Source: Paenibacillaceae bacterium (GTDB lineage: Bacteria > Bacillota > Bacilli > Paenibacillales > CANHGK01). From it: 64,000 bases of DNA. The stretch covers positions 26,144-90,143 of the forward strand of contig CANHGK010000004.1 of NCBI GenBank assembly GCA_947460235.1, read 5' to 3'. The position numbers were made by a program, and so were the translations under genes. The notes beneath the pieces are model-generated. The model worked only from the letters and a program-made list of their open reading frames with translations. It did not search any database and had not been told where the DNA came from. Below, piece by piece: positions 30,922 to 39,951 of this stretch; position 1 is the stretch's first letter; each line of letters starts with the position of its first letter.

Positions 30922-31665
30922 ATGTACGTTCAAAGAGGTGAGCCATTGCGAATTTTATATATTTTCCCACATCCGGATGACGAATCATTCGGACCCGCCG
31001 CAGTGATCCATCAGCAATTAGCTGAAGGGCATGAAGTATACTTATTTACGCTAACACGCGGCGGTGCCACGAAACAAAGACATAAACTTGGCGTATCTAT
31101 CGAAGAGATGGGAAAAATACGACTAGCAGAAATGCATCACATGGAAGTGGTGCTCGGTTTGTCAGGGATGACCGTTTGGGACTTGCCGGATGGCAAATTA
31201 CAGGATATCGACCCGCGAGAATTAGAGTTTTTTATTCAAGCGGAAATCGAACGTCTGCGCCCGGAAGTAGTCGTTACATATCCCGTGCACGGAATAAGTG
31301 GTTTTCACGATCATTTAGTTACGCATGCTATTGTTAAACGTGTATACTTACAAATGAGAGACCAAGGTGAACATTGGCTTCGGAGATTGGCTTTCTTCAC
31401 AATTCCTGACAATGGTCAATCTGTATTTCAACCGACCGGACTACGCATCAAACAATCTGATGAAGACCGAATTGATGTTGAAATTTCTTTGAAACAAGCG
31501 AACATTGACAAATTACAGAAGTGTTTATCCTGTTATACAACGTATCAGGACACCATCGCCCATTCCGGTGTGATCGATCAAATCGGCAACACTGTTTATT
31601 TTGAATTATATAGTGAGAACTTTAATCCTAGACTTTCAACACTGACGGAACGAATCAAAGAATAG
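30922..31665 (+). CDS. PIG-L / LmbE family deacetylase
   Basis: [16 protein letters not shown] motif. 247 aa. Confidence 0.8.
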   Translation: MYVQRGEPLRILYIFPHPDDESFGPAAVIHQQLAEGHEVYLFTLTRGGATKQRHKLGVSIEEMGKIRLAEMHHMEVVLGLSGMTVWDLPDGKLQDIDPRELEFFIQAEIERLRPEVVVTYPVHGISGFHDHLVTHAIVKRVYLQMRDQGEHWLRRLAFFTIPDNGQSVFQPTGLRIKQSDEDRIDVEISLKQANIDKLQKCLSCYTTYQDTIAHSGVIDQIGNTVYFELYSENFNPRLSTLTERIKE

Positions 31666-31681
31666 AAGTGAGGCGAATCTG

Positions 31682-33496
31682 ATGCGTTTTTCAAAAATCC
31701 AATCTCAATTGTTAATCATGGCGTTAATTCTTGTCGTGGCCTTATTCATTTCATTCCTTTGGTTACTCGGTGTTCAGCGCGAACAAGTATCTGGTGATCA
31801 ACTGAATTCAAACACGAAACAAGTATCGATTCAAATTCAAAATAAACTTGAAAAAATGCGACAAACGGTTCTGCTCATCGGTTCCGATCAAGCGTGGACA
31901 AAATATTATACGGATCCATTAAATAGCGAAGCGTGGCGTCAAGAACAAATTCGTCTCTTCAACTATGTGTTCAAACACGTGCCCGAAACCGACGAAGCTT
32001 GTTATTTAGACGATGTGCATAATGGTGCTGAAGCAACGCGTGTATATCTTGGTAAGGTAGCACCGAAAGATGAGTTGTCCGACTCTGAAAAATCAGCTTC
32101 ATTCTATGCACCAGGGATGAATCTCGATGAGGGTGCTGTACTCCAAACAGAACCTTATATTTCACCCGATTCTAAACGTTGGGTAATTGGAAATGTGACT
32201 CCTGTTGTTGTTCATGAAGCAGGACCTTACTTAGATAAAACCGTATCATTAATCCACTATGAAGCGAATTTATTATCGCTAAGTGATGCGCTGCAAAGTA
32301 GTGCATCTGATGGTATGTCCTTCGTATTGCTTGATGACAAAAATAATCTTGTCGCTAGTTCCAATCAAGACGATCGGCAATCGGTTTCTGACAGCGGGAC
32401 AAGCCCTGCTGGATTGTCTGACGATGGATTTAGTAATTGGAGTGAAAATGCTGTATTACCTTCATTTGAAACGATATACGGAATTAAAGTTGCTGATCTT
32501 GATGGGAAAAATTTTTCTAGTGAAAAAGACTTGATTGGCGATGCATTAATGTCGAAAATCGATATGCCTTTTGGTGAACAACACGTATGGCATATCATCG
32601 GTATTTTACCGAAAGATAAAATTGCATCTGATGCCTCGTTATTTACGAACTTACTTTATATTTTTGGCGGTTTAATTGTCGTCATTTCATTGATCGGTAT
32701 TTTTATTAGTCAATTCGTATTCGCACCATTGAAGCGCATCTTAAGCAAAATTCGCATTGAATCCGTAAATGTTTCGGAAGGTTCGTCACAAATTGCTGCG
32801 GGGAATATGGATTTAGCACAGCGTACGGAAGAACAAGTCAGTAAACTTGAAGAAATGTCTGCAACGTTCTTTACAATGACAGAAGCAATGACAGAAGCAG
32901 CGCATCGTGCACTCATATCGGAACGTCAGGCAATGGGGATTATCGATGTCGCAAAATACAATGCCGAAGTTGGAGAACAACTTCAAAATGCAATGAAAGA
33001 AATCACGAGCAGTAACCAAACCATTTCTCAAGTCATTCAATCTGTCAACGATTTAGCATTCCAAACGAACTTACTTGCATTAAATGCTGCCGTTGAAGCT
33101 GCGCGTGCTGGTGAACAAGGACGCGGTTTCGCAGTCGTTGCAGCTGAAGTCCGTAATCTTGCTGGACGAACAAGCGAATTTTCGAATGAAATTACTCGTC
33201 TTGCAAAAGCAAATATGGATAAAGTTACGCACGGAAATCGTTTAATGGATGATTCCAAAAAAGCATTGTCTCAAATTTCATCCTCTTCAATGGATGTCGT
33301 CTCTGCCGTTAAACAAATCAGCAATGACTTACAAGAACAAGCTCGCTCAACGCAATCAATTCAAATCATTTTGCGAGAATTCAATGATGTGGCCCAGCAA
33401 AATGGAGCGCTCGTCGAAGAAACGTCAAACATGAGCGATACAATCAATCATTCCGTAAACGCACTTGCGAATCAATTAGATCAATTTAAAGATTAA
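31682..33496 (+). CDS. methyl-accepting chemotaxis protein with an extracytoplasmic Cache-like sensor
   Basis: Two TM helices. Highly conserved MCP signalling hairpin ([37 protein letters not shown]). Confidence 0.85.
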   Translation: MRFSKIQSQLLIMALILVVALFISFLWLLGVQREQVSGDQLNSNTKQVSIQIQNKLEKMRQTVLLIGSDQAWTKYYTDPLNSEAWRQEQIRLFNYVFKHVPETDEACYLDDVHNGAEATRVYLGKVAPKDELSDSEKSASFYAPGMNLDEGAVLQTEPYISPDSKRWVIGNVTPVVVHEAGPYLDKTVSLIHYEANLLSLSDALQSSASDGMSFVLLDDKNNLVASSNQDDRQSVSDSGTSPAGLSDDGFSNWSENAVLPSFETIYGIKVADLDGKNFSSEKDLIGDALMSKIDMPFGEQHVWHIIGILPKDKIASDASLFTNLLYIFGGLIVVISLIGIFISQFVFAPLKRILSKIRIESVNVSEGSSQIAAGNMDLAQRTEEQVSKLEEMSATFFTMTEAMTEAAHRALISERQAMGIIDVAKYNAEVGEQLQNAMKEITSSNQTISQVIQSVNDLAFQTNLLALNAAVEAARAGEQGRGFAVVAAEVRNLAGRTSEFSNEITRLAKANMDKVTHGNRLMDDSKKALSQISSSSMDVVSAVKQISNDLQEQARSTQSIQIILREFNDVAQQNGALVEETSNMSDTINHSVNALANQLDQFKD

Positions 33497-33510
33497 ACGA
33501 AAACATACAA

Positions 33511-33568
33511 AAAGCGTTTAGTAATTCAGTCGATGATATGACTGAACTCCTAAACGCTTTTCTATTTT
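33511..33568. terminator. bidirectional terminator between the MCP and amidase genes
   Basis: aaagcgtttag...ctaaacgcttt hairpin with flanking A and T runs. Confidence 0.6.
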
Positions 33569-33572
33569 AAGA

Positions 33573-34409
33573 TTAGACGAATTCGATATCCGTGGCTCGA
33601 CCAGCCCAGTTCAAATTCATTCCTAGTATATGCCCTAGCTCTCTCGCCTGAACAAATCCAGTATTTTGATCAATTCGGAACGTTTTTAACTTCACATTGT
33701 TAATAAAAGCTTCTTTCGTTTGATCATCGAACTTAAATTGAGTTTTGAGCAAGTAAACCATCGCTTTAACTGCAACATAAGGCTCACCCGCAAATACTTT
33801 CCCAGGGACATTCGTTGCTTTTCCTTTGACCCAAACTTCGCAAAGCGGTTCATTCTCTTTAGGAAATGCTTTACTAAGCACTGTTTTCTTAAATCGCTCA
33901 AACTCAGCAGGATTTTGCACCCAAGGAAGTGGACAATCTTTCCAACCTACGACCCCTTTGTGCGTCCAGATTTGATGCGGTTGCATTTGATGGCTAATCA
34001 TCAGTTTTGCAGCAAGGTCCGCTGCATTTTGAAAAGTATCCTCGTGAATCACTCCATCTTTTTCAATACACATTTCAATACCAATCGTACAATCATTCGG
34101 ATATTTACTTAACATGGATAACGCTTCAGCAGTATATGTTTTACTGCCAACATGGTACCCCACTTCCGTGTCCGGAATTTGATGAATTATTGTCGTCCGA
34201 TCTACTGAGTAATGTGCACCCGCATATCGATCTACAGATTGATCTTGCAAATTCTGCATGCGCAAATTATTAAAATAATTGCGGATATTAATCGCAGGTG
34301 CTCCAGGTGACGCGGTATAATGCAACACAATTGCCTTTGTAGACTTTAGCTGTTGACCATTTCTAGAAAATTGATTTACTTCGATAAACGATTCTGTAAT
34401 TGGTAACAT
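33573..34409 (-). CDS. N-acetylmuramoyl-L-alanine amidase (amidase_2 / PGRP type) with a C-terminal binding domain
   Basis: FSRNGQQLKSTKAIVLHYTASPGA...NIRNYF is typical of CwlA/XlyA-type amidases. Confidence 0.8.
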   Translation of the reverse strand: MLPITESFIEVNQFSRNGQQLKSTKAIVLHYTASPGAPAINIRNYFNNLRMQNLQDQSVDRYAGAHYSVDRTTIIHQIPDTEVGYHVGSKTYTAEALSMLSKYPNDCTIGIEMCIEKDGVIHEDTFQNAADLAAKLMISHQMQPHQIWTHKGVVGWKDCPLPWVQNPAEFERFKKTVLSKAFPKENEPLCEVWVKGKATNVPGKVFAGEPYVAVKAMVYLLKTQFKFDDQTKEAFINNVKLKTFRIDQNTGFVQARELGHILGMNLNWAGRATDIEFV

Positions 34410-34445
34410 GTTATGTCTCCTCTCTTTTCTTGAACAAAAAAATGG

Positions 34446-35177
34446 TTACGGAAGTCGTTCACACACATTACCGTCACCATCTGAATCCAAATGATGCGGA
34501 TCTTTCGCAGGTCCCCCTGCAGTTTCAAAAAAAGATTGTGCTTCTGCATGTGTCTTGAAATCTGAGCAATCTCGATCTTTTCCCAAAGGAGCTTTCACAT
34601 TTAATGGTTTTGTTTGATCTTCTTTCGGATCCAATCCCCACAATCCACGTTTCGCTTCCCGAGCTTCTCGCTGCCTTTTAATAAATGTTTTGGAAAATTT
34701 GTCGTTTGGCGGGATGGTCATGACCTGCGCATACCCTTCACGTACCAATTCTTCATTGAAAAATGTACCATCTTCTAAATATACATATGCAAGCAACCGT
34801 TTATATTTGTCTCTTGGTTCTTCTCCAATTACAATTCGCACGTTCGTACCATCCAAACGTTTTTTCGTATAAGCAGCCGCTTCTGGTCCATACGGTTCGA
34901 CACCTTTGGTTGGATGATGCGTTTCTGGTGTATTCACACCAATCAATCTAACTTTTTCATCTTTCTTGTTTTTGCTAATGACAATCGTGTCACCATCAAC
35001 AACACGAACTACATTATAAAAAATTACCGTGGTTTTAGGAGTGCTCGTTGACTTGGAACCAACCGCAGATGAATTTTGCGAAATGCCCAGGGAAGTCGAA
35101 CTTGCAATACAAGCACTTGTACCGATCACAGTAAGTAACCCAAGTCCAATAAGCAACATTCGCATTCGAAACTTCAT
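34446..35177 (-). CDS. thermonuclease (SNase-like) lipoprotein with a C-terminal excalibur Ca-binding domain
   Basis: Lipobox GTSAC. SNase core VVRVVDGDTI...VRLIGVNTPE...REGYA. Excalibur motif CSDF...DSDGDGNVCE. Confidence 0.85.
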   Translation of the reverse strand: MKFRMRMLLIGLGLLTVIGTSACIASSTSLGISQNSSAVGSKSTSTPKTTVIFYNVVRVVDGDTIVISKNKKDEKVRLIGVNTPETHHPTKGVEPYGPEAAAYTKKRLDGTNVRIVIGEEPRDKYKRLLAYVYLEDGTFFNEELVREGYAQVMTIPPNDKFSKTFIKRQREAREAKRGLWGLDPKEDQTKPLNVKAPLGKDRDCSDFKTHAEAQSFFETAGGPAKDPHHLDSDGDGNVCERLP

Positions 35178-35253
35178 AACGTCAACTCCCTGTCTATAAA
35201 AAGAGGTCTAGAAAGTAGTGTATATTTTTTCTTCCTAATTGTCATTATTTCAA

Positions 35254-35301
35254 ATAAAAAACAGTGCGTGAACGTAGCTATATCAGCACGTTCACACACT
35301 G
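35254..35301 (-). terminator. rho-independent terminator after the CBM protein gene
   Basis: cagtgcgtgaacgt...acgttcacacactg stem with T7 on the minus strand. Confidence 0.7.
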
Positions 35302-35310
35302 CACAAATCA

Positions 35311-36000
35311 TTAATTCCATTTGGCAACTGTATCTTTTTTCACGATTGATAAACTTGCATTACGATTCGCTACATCTTTTCCACTTAATGTTTTTTCAAC
35401 ACTCGACCATGTGCCTACTGTGTATTTATATTGAATGGTTGTCCCTGATTTCACGAGTGCTTTTGTATACCAAACGTTATTGGAACCATCTTTAGGAAAC
35501 ATCATGTAGCTTGTTGCAGACCATGCTTTATTACTAGAAGCGACGAATACCCGGTATCCCTTCGTTAATGTATCAGAAGGAACGGAAACTTCTAAATTGA
35601 CGACTCCATTGTAATTTGCGACTGTTTGTGTCGTATTCATATCATTCGTTCCTACATCGATTACACGGTTTGAAATTTCTTCGAACGAATTACCTTTTTC
35701 AAAGGTATTGGTTGTTCCAAGTGAAAATTTGAATTGATGTTTGCCTTGCGTCATCGGAATCGTTACTGTCCATTGACCGCTGTATCCGCTATAGCTGTAA
35801 CCGTAAGGTGATAAAGGAGTTGCCGTAGCGTTCCAACCGTTAAAATCCCCTGCAACATACACTTGAGCATCTGCTACATAAGGGCTATTTACGATGATCG
35901 TTACATTATGAACTGCTGGACTTGCTGCAAAGGCCGGCGAGATTAAGCTTACCATCATCATTATGACCAATCCTACAACTACCAATCCTTTTTTCACCAC
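35311..36000 (-). CDS. secreted protein made of two CBM20/CBM48-like starch-binding modules
   Basis: GTG start 8 nt after AGAGGTG. Signal peptide ...SPAFA. Module 1 VYVAGDFNGWN...GKHQFKF. Module 2 YRVFVASSNKAW...WYTKA...IQYKYTVGTWSSVE...NRN. Confidence 0.65.
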   Translation of the reverse strand: MVKKGLVVVGLVIMMMVSLISPAFAASPAVHNVTIIVNSPYVADAQVYVAGDFNGWNATATPLSPYGYSYSGYSGQWTVTIPMTQGKHQFKFSLGTTNTFEKGNSFEEISNRVIDVGTNDMNTTQTVANYNGVVNLEVSVPSDTLTKGYRVFVASSNKAWSATSYMMFPKDGSNNVWYTKALVKSGTTIQYKYTVGTWSSVEKTLSGKDVANRNASLSIVKKDTVAKWN

Positions 36001-36048
36001 GTTACATGCACCTCTTCGTTTTTGGTGTGTTCTTGTTTTTCTGTTCTG

Positions 36049-36077
36049 AATGTATCACGATTGCACATTTCGAACAC
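36049..36077 (-). promoter_or_regulatory. promoter-like element GTGTTC-17-TACATT facing 35311..36000
   Basis: Read on the minus strand: ttcgGTGTTC gaaatgtgcaatcgtga TACATT. The -35 position is formed by the terminal repeat of array A. Confidence 0.35.
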
Positions 36078-36126
36078 CGAAGAATTTCCGAAAACATTCC
36101 ATTTCGGTACCGAAAAAACACCGAAA
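36074..36126. repeat. CCGAAA/TTTCGG repeat array A (5 cores, includes palindrome TTTCGGTACCGAAA)
   Basis: acaccgaagaatttccgaaaacattccatttcggtaccgaaaaaacaccgaaa. Confidence 0.9.
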
Positions 36127-36256
36127 TGAAAATGGCATGTCAACGAAAAGAAATTGAATGTATTCGCTTCCAATTAACTGAATTTTGAATCTTTATATCG
36201 ATTTAGTCACAATTCATCCAATTTGATCGTCACAGCTTTGACAAATCTCAATGTTT

Positions 36257-38497
36257 TTATTTCAAAATCATTTCGGATACACGGTCCAACAACACAGAAT
36301 TTTTATCACTACTCAACTCCCAAATCATTGCGCCCCCGAGTTTTTTGGATTTTAAGTAATCTAACTTCGCATCAATTGATGTAGGATCATCGTAACTGAT
36401 GTACGTTTGTTTTTTTTCATTATATAAATATGGAACTTTCGCAACATCATTCCAATACCGGTTATAACCGTTTTTATTGATATAATTCGCTTCCAAATCC
36501 ATGTAATCAAATACACCGCCTTCCCATGTCCCTTCTATACTAGCTCCGTCACAAGGCTGATATAAACCGTGATTTGTAGACACACAGCCTTTCCAACCAC
36601 GACCGTAGAATGCTAATCCGAGAACAATTTTCGAAGAAGCTACTCCCGCATTCTCATATGCCTTAATGGCGGAATCAACAGTAAATGTGGCTGCATTCAC
36701 CGAACGATCTGCCGAGTCAAAAAATAATGGCGTATTGTTTCCACTTATGGAGTCCCACCCGCCATGAAAATCATAACTCATGATATTGATCCAATCGACG
36801 ATTTTTGAAATTTGATCCAATTGTGTATTTTCGAGATATGCAGGACTGGCTCCTGAGGCAATCGTAAGCAAATATACTTTTTCGTCAAGTTTACCTGCAG
36901 CAGTTAATTGTTCTCGGATTTTTTGAAGTAACAAGGTGTAATTTAATCGATCTTCTGGTCGTCCAACGGTCAAACCACCACTGACAGGATACTCCCAATC
37001 CAAATCAACTCCATCAAATCCCCATTTCCTAATAAAACTCACCGCACTATTCGCAAATTTTGTGCGAGATGCATCAGTTAGCGCTATCGTTGAAAACTGA
37101 CTCGACCACGTCCAACCACCAACCGATATCATCGTTTTTAGATTTGGATTTTTCAACTTTAATTTTCTCAATTGGTTAAAATTCCCTCGTTTACATCCTA
37201 TATCCCAACAATCACCATCAAAAAATTTATCCGTATCCGCATACGTATCACCAATGACTATTTCTCCATTAGCAATGTTAGCAAATGCATAATTGATATG
37301 AGATATTTTTTGCGGATTAATTTGTGCAATTTGATAATTTCGGTCATAGGTTGACCAACTTGTGTAATAGGCAACAACTTTATTAGTAATATATTTGTTA
37401 GGTGTCCCTGATGGTTGTATCGTTGGTTGTATCGTTGGTTGTATCGTTGGTTGTATCGTTGGTTGTATCGTTGGTTGTATCGTTGGTTGTATCGTTGGTT
37501 GAGGTGCATTTACTATTTTCCAAACGCTCACGTGATCAGGTTGTTCTCCGCTGGTCCACCACTGCGCCATATATATTTTCCCTAAATAACTTACTTGATC
37601 GTTTGCTATATATATTTTTACCGGACTCCACGCCATCATAATATTCGGTTGGCTTTTCCAAACCTGCGACCGATCTGGATTTTCTCCTTTTGTCCACCAC
37701 TGCGCCATATACTTTATCATTTTGTATAACACAGTATCTCCTGAGTTGTATGTTTTTTCATTGGACCATTCTGAAATTATTATTGGATTCGTATCGATTG
37801 GAGATGGACTGATCGATGGTTTCGGGGATGGTGAGGGTGTTTTTACCGGAATAGGTGTCGTTGTTGGAATTGCATTTGCTGTAATATTCGCATCAACAAC
37901 TTGATAGAATGCATTTCCTGTATCTGCAATTTCCCAAACTGCTAAGATCACATGATAACCGGTGTGGTCCTTAGGTAACGTGCATGAATGCAACGGAGAA
38001 AGTGATGGTTTTGCTCCATTATCTTTCTTGAAACAAAATGGTTGAATATCAAAATCCGTACGTCTTAACGGTTGATTTGCATCCCATGTTGTTTTTGTAA
38101 TGTAATATTTCCATTCTTGCGTGGCATGCGCAGCTGTTAAATGCCATTGAAACGAAATGTTACCTTTTTTCAAATCTACTTTGCTCCAACGTTCTCTTTT
38201 TTGTTCAAAAAGTTCGCTATATTTTCCTGCCCCGGAAATCTGACCATCTTTCGGACCTGCTTGCGGATAATTACCAATAGCTTCTAAACTTTGTGGTTCA
38301 TATTGAATTACACCGCAATTTTTATTTTCACCTTGCTTACATAGCAATGCTCGACTCGGTGGTGACTCTAAATAACCATGTGCATATGTTGTTGAAAGTC
38401 CAATCGCAATCAACCACACATTTAAAAGACAAAAGAAAATTGCCATTTTGCTAAAGAAATCCCACATTTTACGCACATCAAAAAAAATACCATTCAT
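36257..38497 (-). CDS. secreted AA10 LPMO - 2x CBM5/12 - GH18 chitinase fusion
   Basis: ATG 38497 lies 7 nt after GAGGAG. Signal cleavage TYA|HGY leaves the N-terminal His of the LPMO His-brace (HGYLESPPSRALLC). Two CBM5/12 units (YMAQWWTKGENPD, YMAQWWTSGEQPD). GH18 catalytic motif DGVDLDWEYP. Confidence 0.85.
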   Translation of the reverse strand: MNGIFFDVRKMWDFFSKMAIFFCLLNVWLIAIGLSTTYAHGYLESPPSRALLCKQGENKNCGVIQYEPQSLEAIGNYPQAGPKDGQISGAGKYSELFEQKRERWSKVDLKKGNISFQWHLTAAHATQEWKYYITKTTWDANQPLRRTDFDIQPFCFKKDNGAKPSLSPLHSCTLPKDHTGYHVILAVWEIADTGNAFYQVVDANITANAIPTTTPIPVKTPSPSPKPSISPSPIDTNPIIISEWSNEKTYNSGDTVLYKMIKYMAQWWTKGENPDRSQVWKSQPNIMMAWSPVKIYIANDQVSYLGKIYMAQWWTSGEQPDHVSVWKIVNAPQPTIQPTIQPTIQPTIQPTIQPTIQPTIQPSGTPNKYITNKVVAYYTSWSTYDRNYQIAQINPQKISHINYAFANIANGEIVIGDTYADTDKFFDGDCWDIGCKRGNFNQLRKLKLKNPNLKTMISVGGWTWSSQFSTIALTDASRTKFANSAVSFIRKWGFDGVDLDWEYPVSGGLTVGRPEDRLNYTLLLQKIREQLTAAGKLDEKVYLLTIASGASPAYLENTQLDQISKIVDWINIMSYDFHGGWDSISGNNTPLFFDSADRSVNAATFTVDSAIKAYENAGVASSKIVLGLAFYGRGWKGCVSTNHGLYQPCDGASIEGTWEGGVFDYMDLEANYINKNGYNRYWNDVAKVPYLYNEKKQTYISYDDPTSIDAKLDYLKSKKLGGAMIWELSSDKNSVLLDRVSEMILK
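37413..37496. repeat. perfect 12-bp tandem repeat x7 (encodes PTIQ x7 linker)
   Basis: ggttgtatcgtt repeated seven times without a mismatch. Confidence 0.95.
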
Positions 38498-38643
38498 AAT
38501 ATCGCTCCTCAAGCTAAAATAATTTTCTGCATTAATTGGGCTTCTTGCATTAGGTGGGTAAAACGGAAATAGGAATAGAAGAAGTGAATCTAGAAAGTAG
38601 CAAACAAGAGGGTTTTGGAAGCGTTTTCTTGCGTTGTAAATTA

Positions 38644-38672
38644 ATAATAAATGTTGCTTTACGTGATGTCAA
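38644..38672 (-). promoter_or_regulatory. sigma-A-type promoter candidate for the LPMO-chitinase gene
   Basis: Minus strand TTGACA-17 nt-TATTAT, about 125 nt upstream of the ATG. Confidence 0.5.
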
Positions 38673-38744
38673 TGTACACTATTTTGAAAAGTTCATCTAT
38701 CCATGTATGCAATGCATGTTGAAGTTAGCAAATGGAGGAATCCT

Positions 38745-39880
38745 ATGTTTCAAAAAATAAGCGTTACAAATTGGGTCATTGGATTGATCGGACTTACCGG
38801 GTTGTTACTTTGAATTTTGTGGATTAGCGATATTCCAAATCATCCAATCGAATATTTTACTCGTTTTTATACACAAACGATGAATTTGTATCACGGTGAA
38901 CCGATTATTCGCTTCGGATATTACGGCATTGGATACCCATTATTTTTGAACTTGTTTTTTCAATTCACTGGTACACTCTCTATTGACAGTACACATTGGT
39001 TCAATATCTTTTGTTACATCGTTACATTTCTATGTTGAACAAATTGGATGAATCATACCGTAAAAAAATCCAAATGGAGAATTGTCAGCGCAGTAATGGT
39101 AGCTGAGTTTCCAAATTGAATTGCTGTTACGAATGTAACTAGTTCTCAATGCTTTAGTTTATTATTCACATGTTTTTAAATTCTAAATCATTTCGGACAG
39201 AATTACATAATATCACGATAGGTGCACTGATTGGCCTTTTAGCGATGAAAAAACCATTTTTTATAGCTTCCATTGAAGTCGTTTTATGCTGGGATTTTTT
39301 TGATACAAGTCATCTGGAAAGATTGGTTCCAACACGCAATTTTAATTATTTTAATGATTGGTCTCATATTATTCCATTTTTATGCAGTGTATACAACTGG
39401 AACGTTCTCCATTGTGTCTTATATTGGAGGATATAATGTGTTCTTAAATAATAATCAAAACCTAACCCGAGCATGGATGCCGATGAATCAAATCGAAAAA
39501 TCAGATTCATTCCGAAATCAACTCAATTAATTGTCCATATCCGCTTGATTGCCCAAATGCTGAAAAATATTATAAAAAAGAAGCTGTACATTTGATCATC
39601 GCTCATCCAAACAATTCTTAACCTTAGGTATCAAACGATGGTTGAATACATTTTGGTCCAAACATGATGATTTGACAACATAGGTTGCCGATAAATCCTG
39701 GATGAATAATGATGAACATTACAATTTTTAAAACCATGTACAGACACTTCAGAATTATTGGTACCGTATAACATTCATTTTAACCGTTGGAGGCACGATC
39801 GTTCCGACCTGAAGAGACCTTTGTTAGCGGTAATTTAGATTTTGTTTTTTTATGATTATTGAAATTGTTTTGGATGCAAA
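38745..39880 (+). pseudogene. decayed GT39/PMT_2-like membrane glycosyltransferase gene
   Basis: Good RBS (GGAGGA) and ATG at 38745, but the frame stops after 22 codons. Similarity continues in other frames (WISDIPNHP...YGIGYPLFLNLFFQF; YIGGYNVFLNNNQN) and is interrupted by several stops and frameshifts. The end is approximate. Confidence 0.5.
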
Positions 39881-39951
39881 TCATAGATTGTACTCGATGA
39901 AAAACGGGACACTCACAAACGGTTAAATACCGCTTGGGATGCCCCGTTTTT

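Noticed and set aside
36149-36154. A perfect TTGACA (minus strand) just upstream of array A as the promoter of 35311..36000.
   Set aside because: No acceptable -10 hexamer lies 16-18 nt downstream (the sequence there is tgtttt). I kept only the array-linked element.
37258-37641. Track ORFs 37258..37509(-) and 37402..37641(+) (NQRY / SLVV repeats), and likewise 41998..42246(+) (CHYWCT repeats).
   Set aside because: These are frame artefacts of the PTIQ and TSTPVV linker repeats inside the chitinase and protease genes.
38513-38643. Possible c-di-GMP or other riboswitch in the roughly 125-nt leader of the LPMO-chitinase gene.
   Set aside because: I could not find the conserved GEMM-type motifs (GGCAAA..., ACGCACAGGGC-like) or any other riboswitch core I know, and there is no leader terminator/antiterminator pair.
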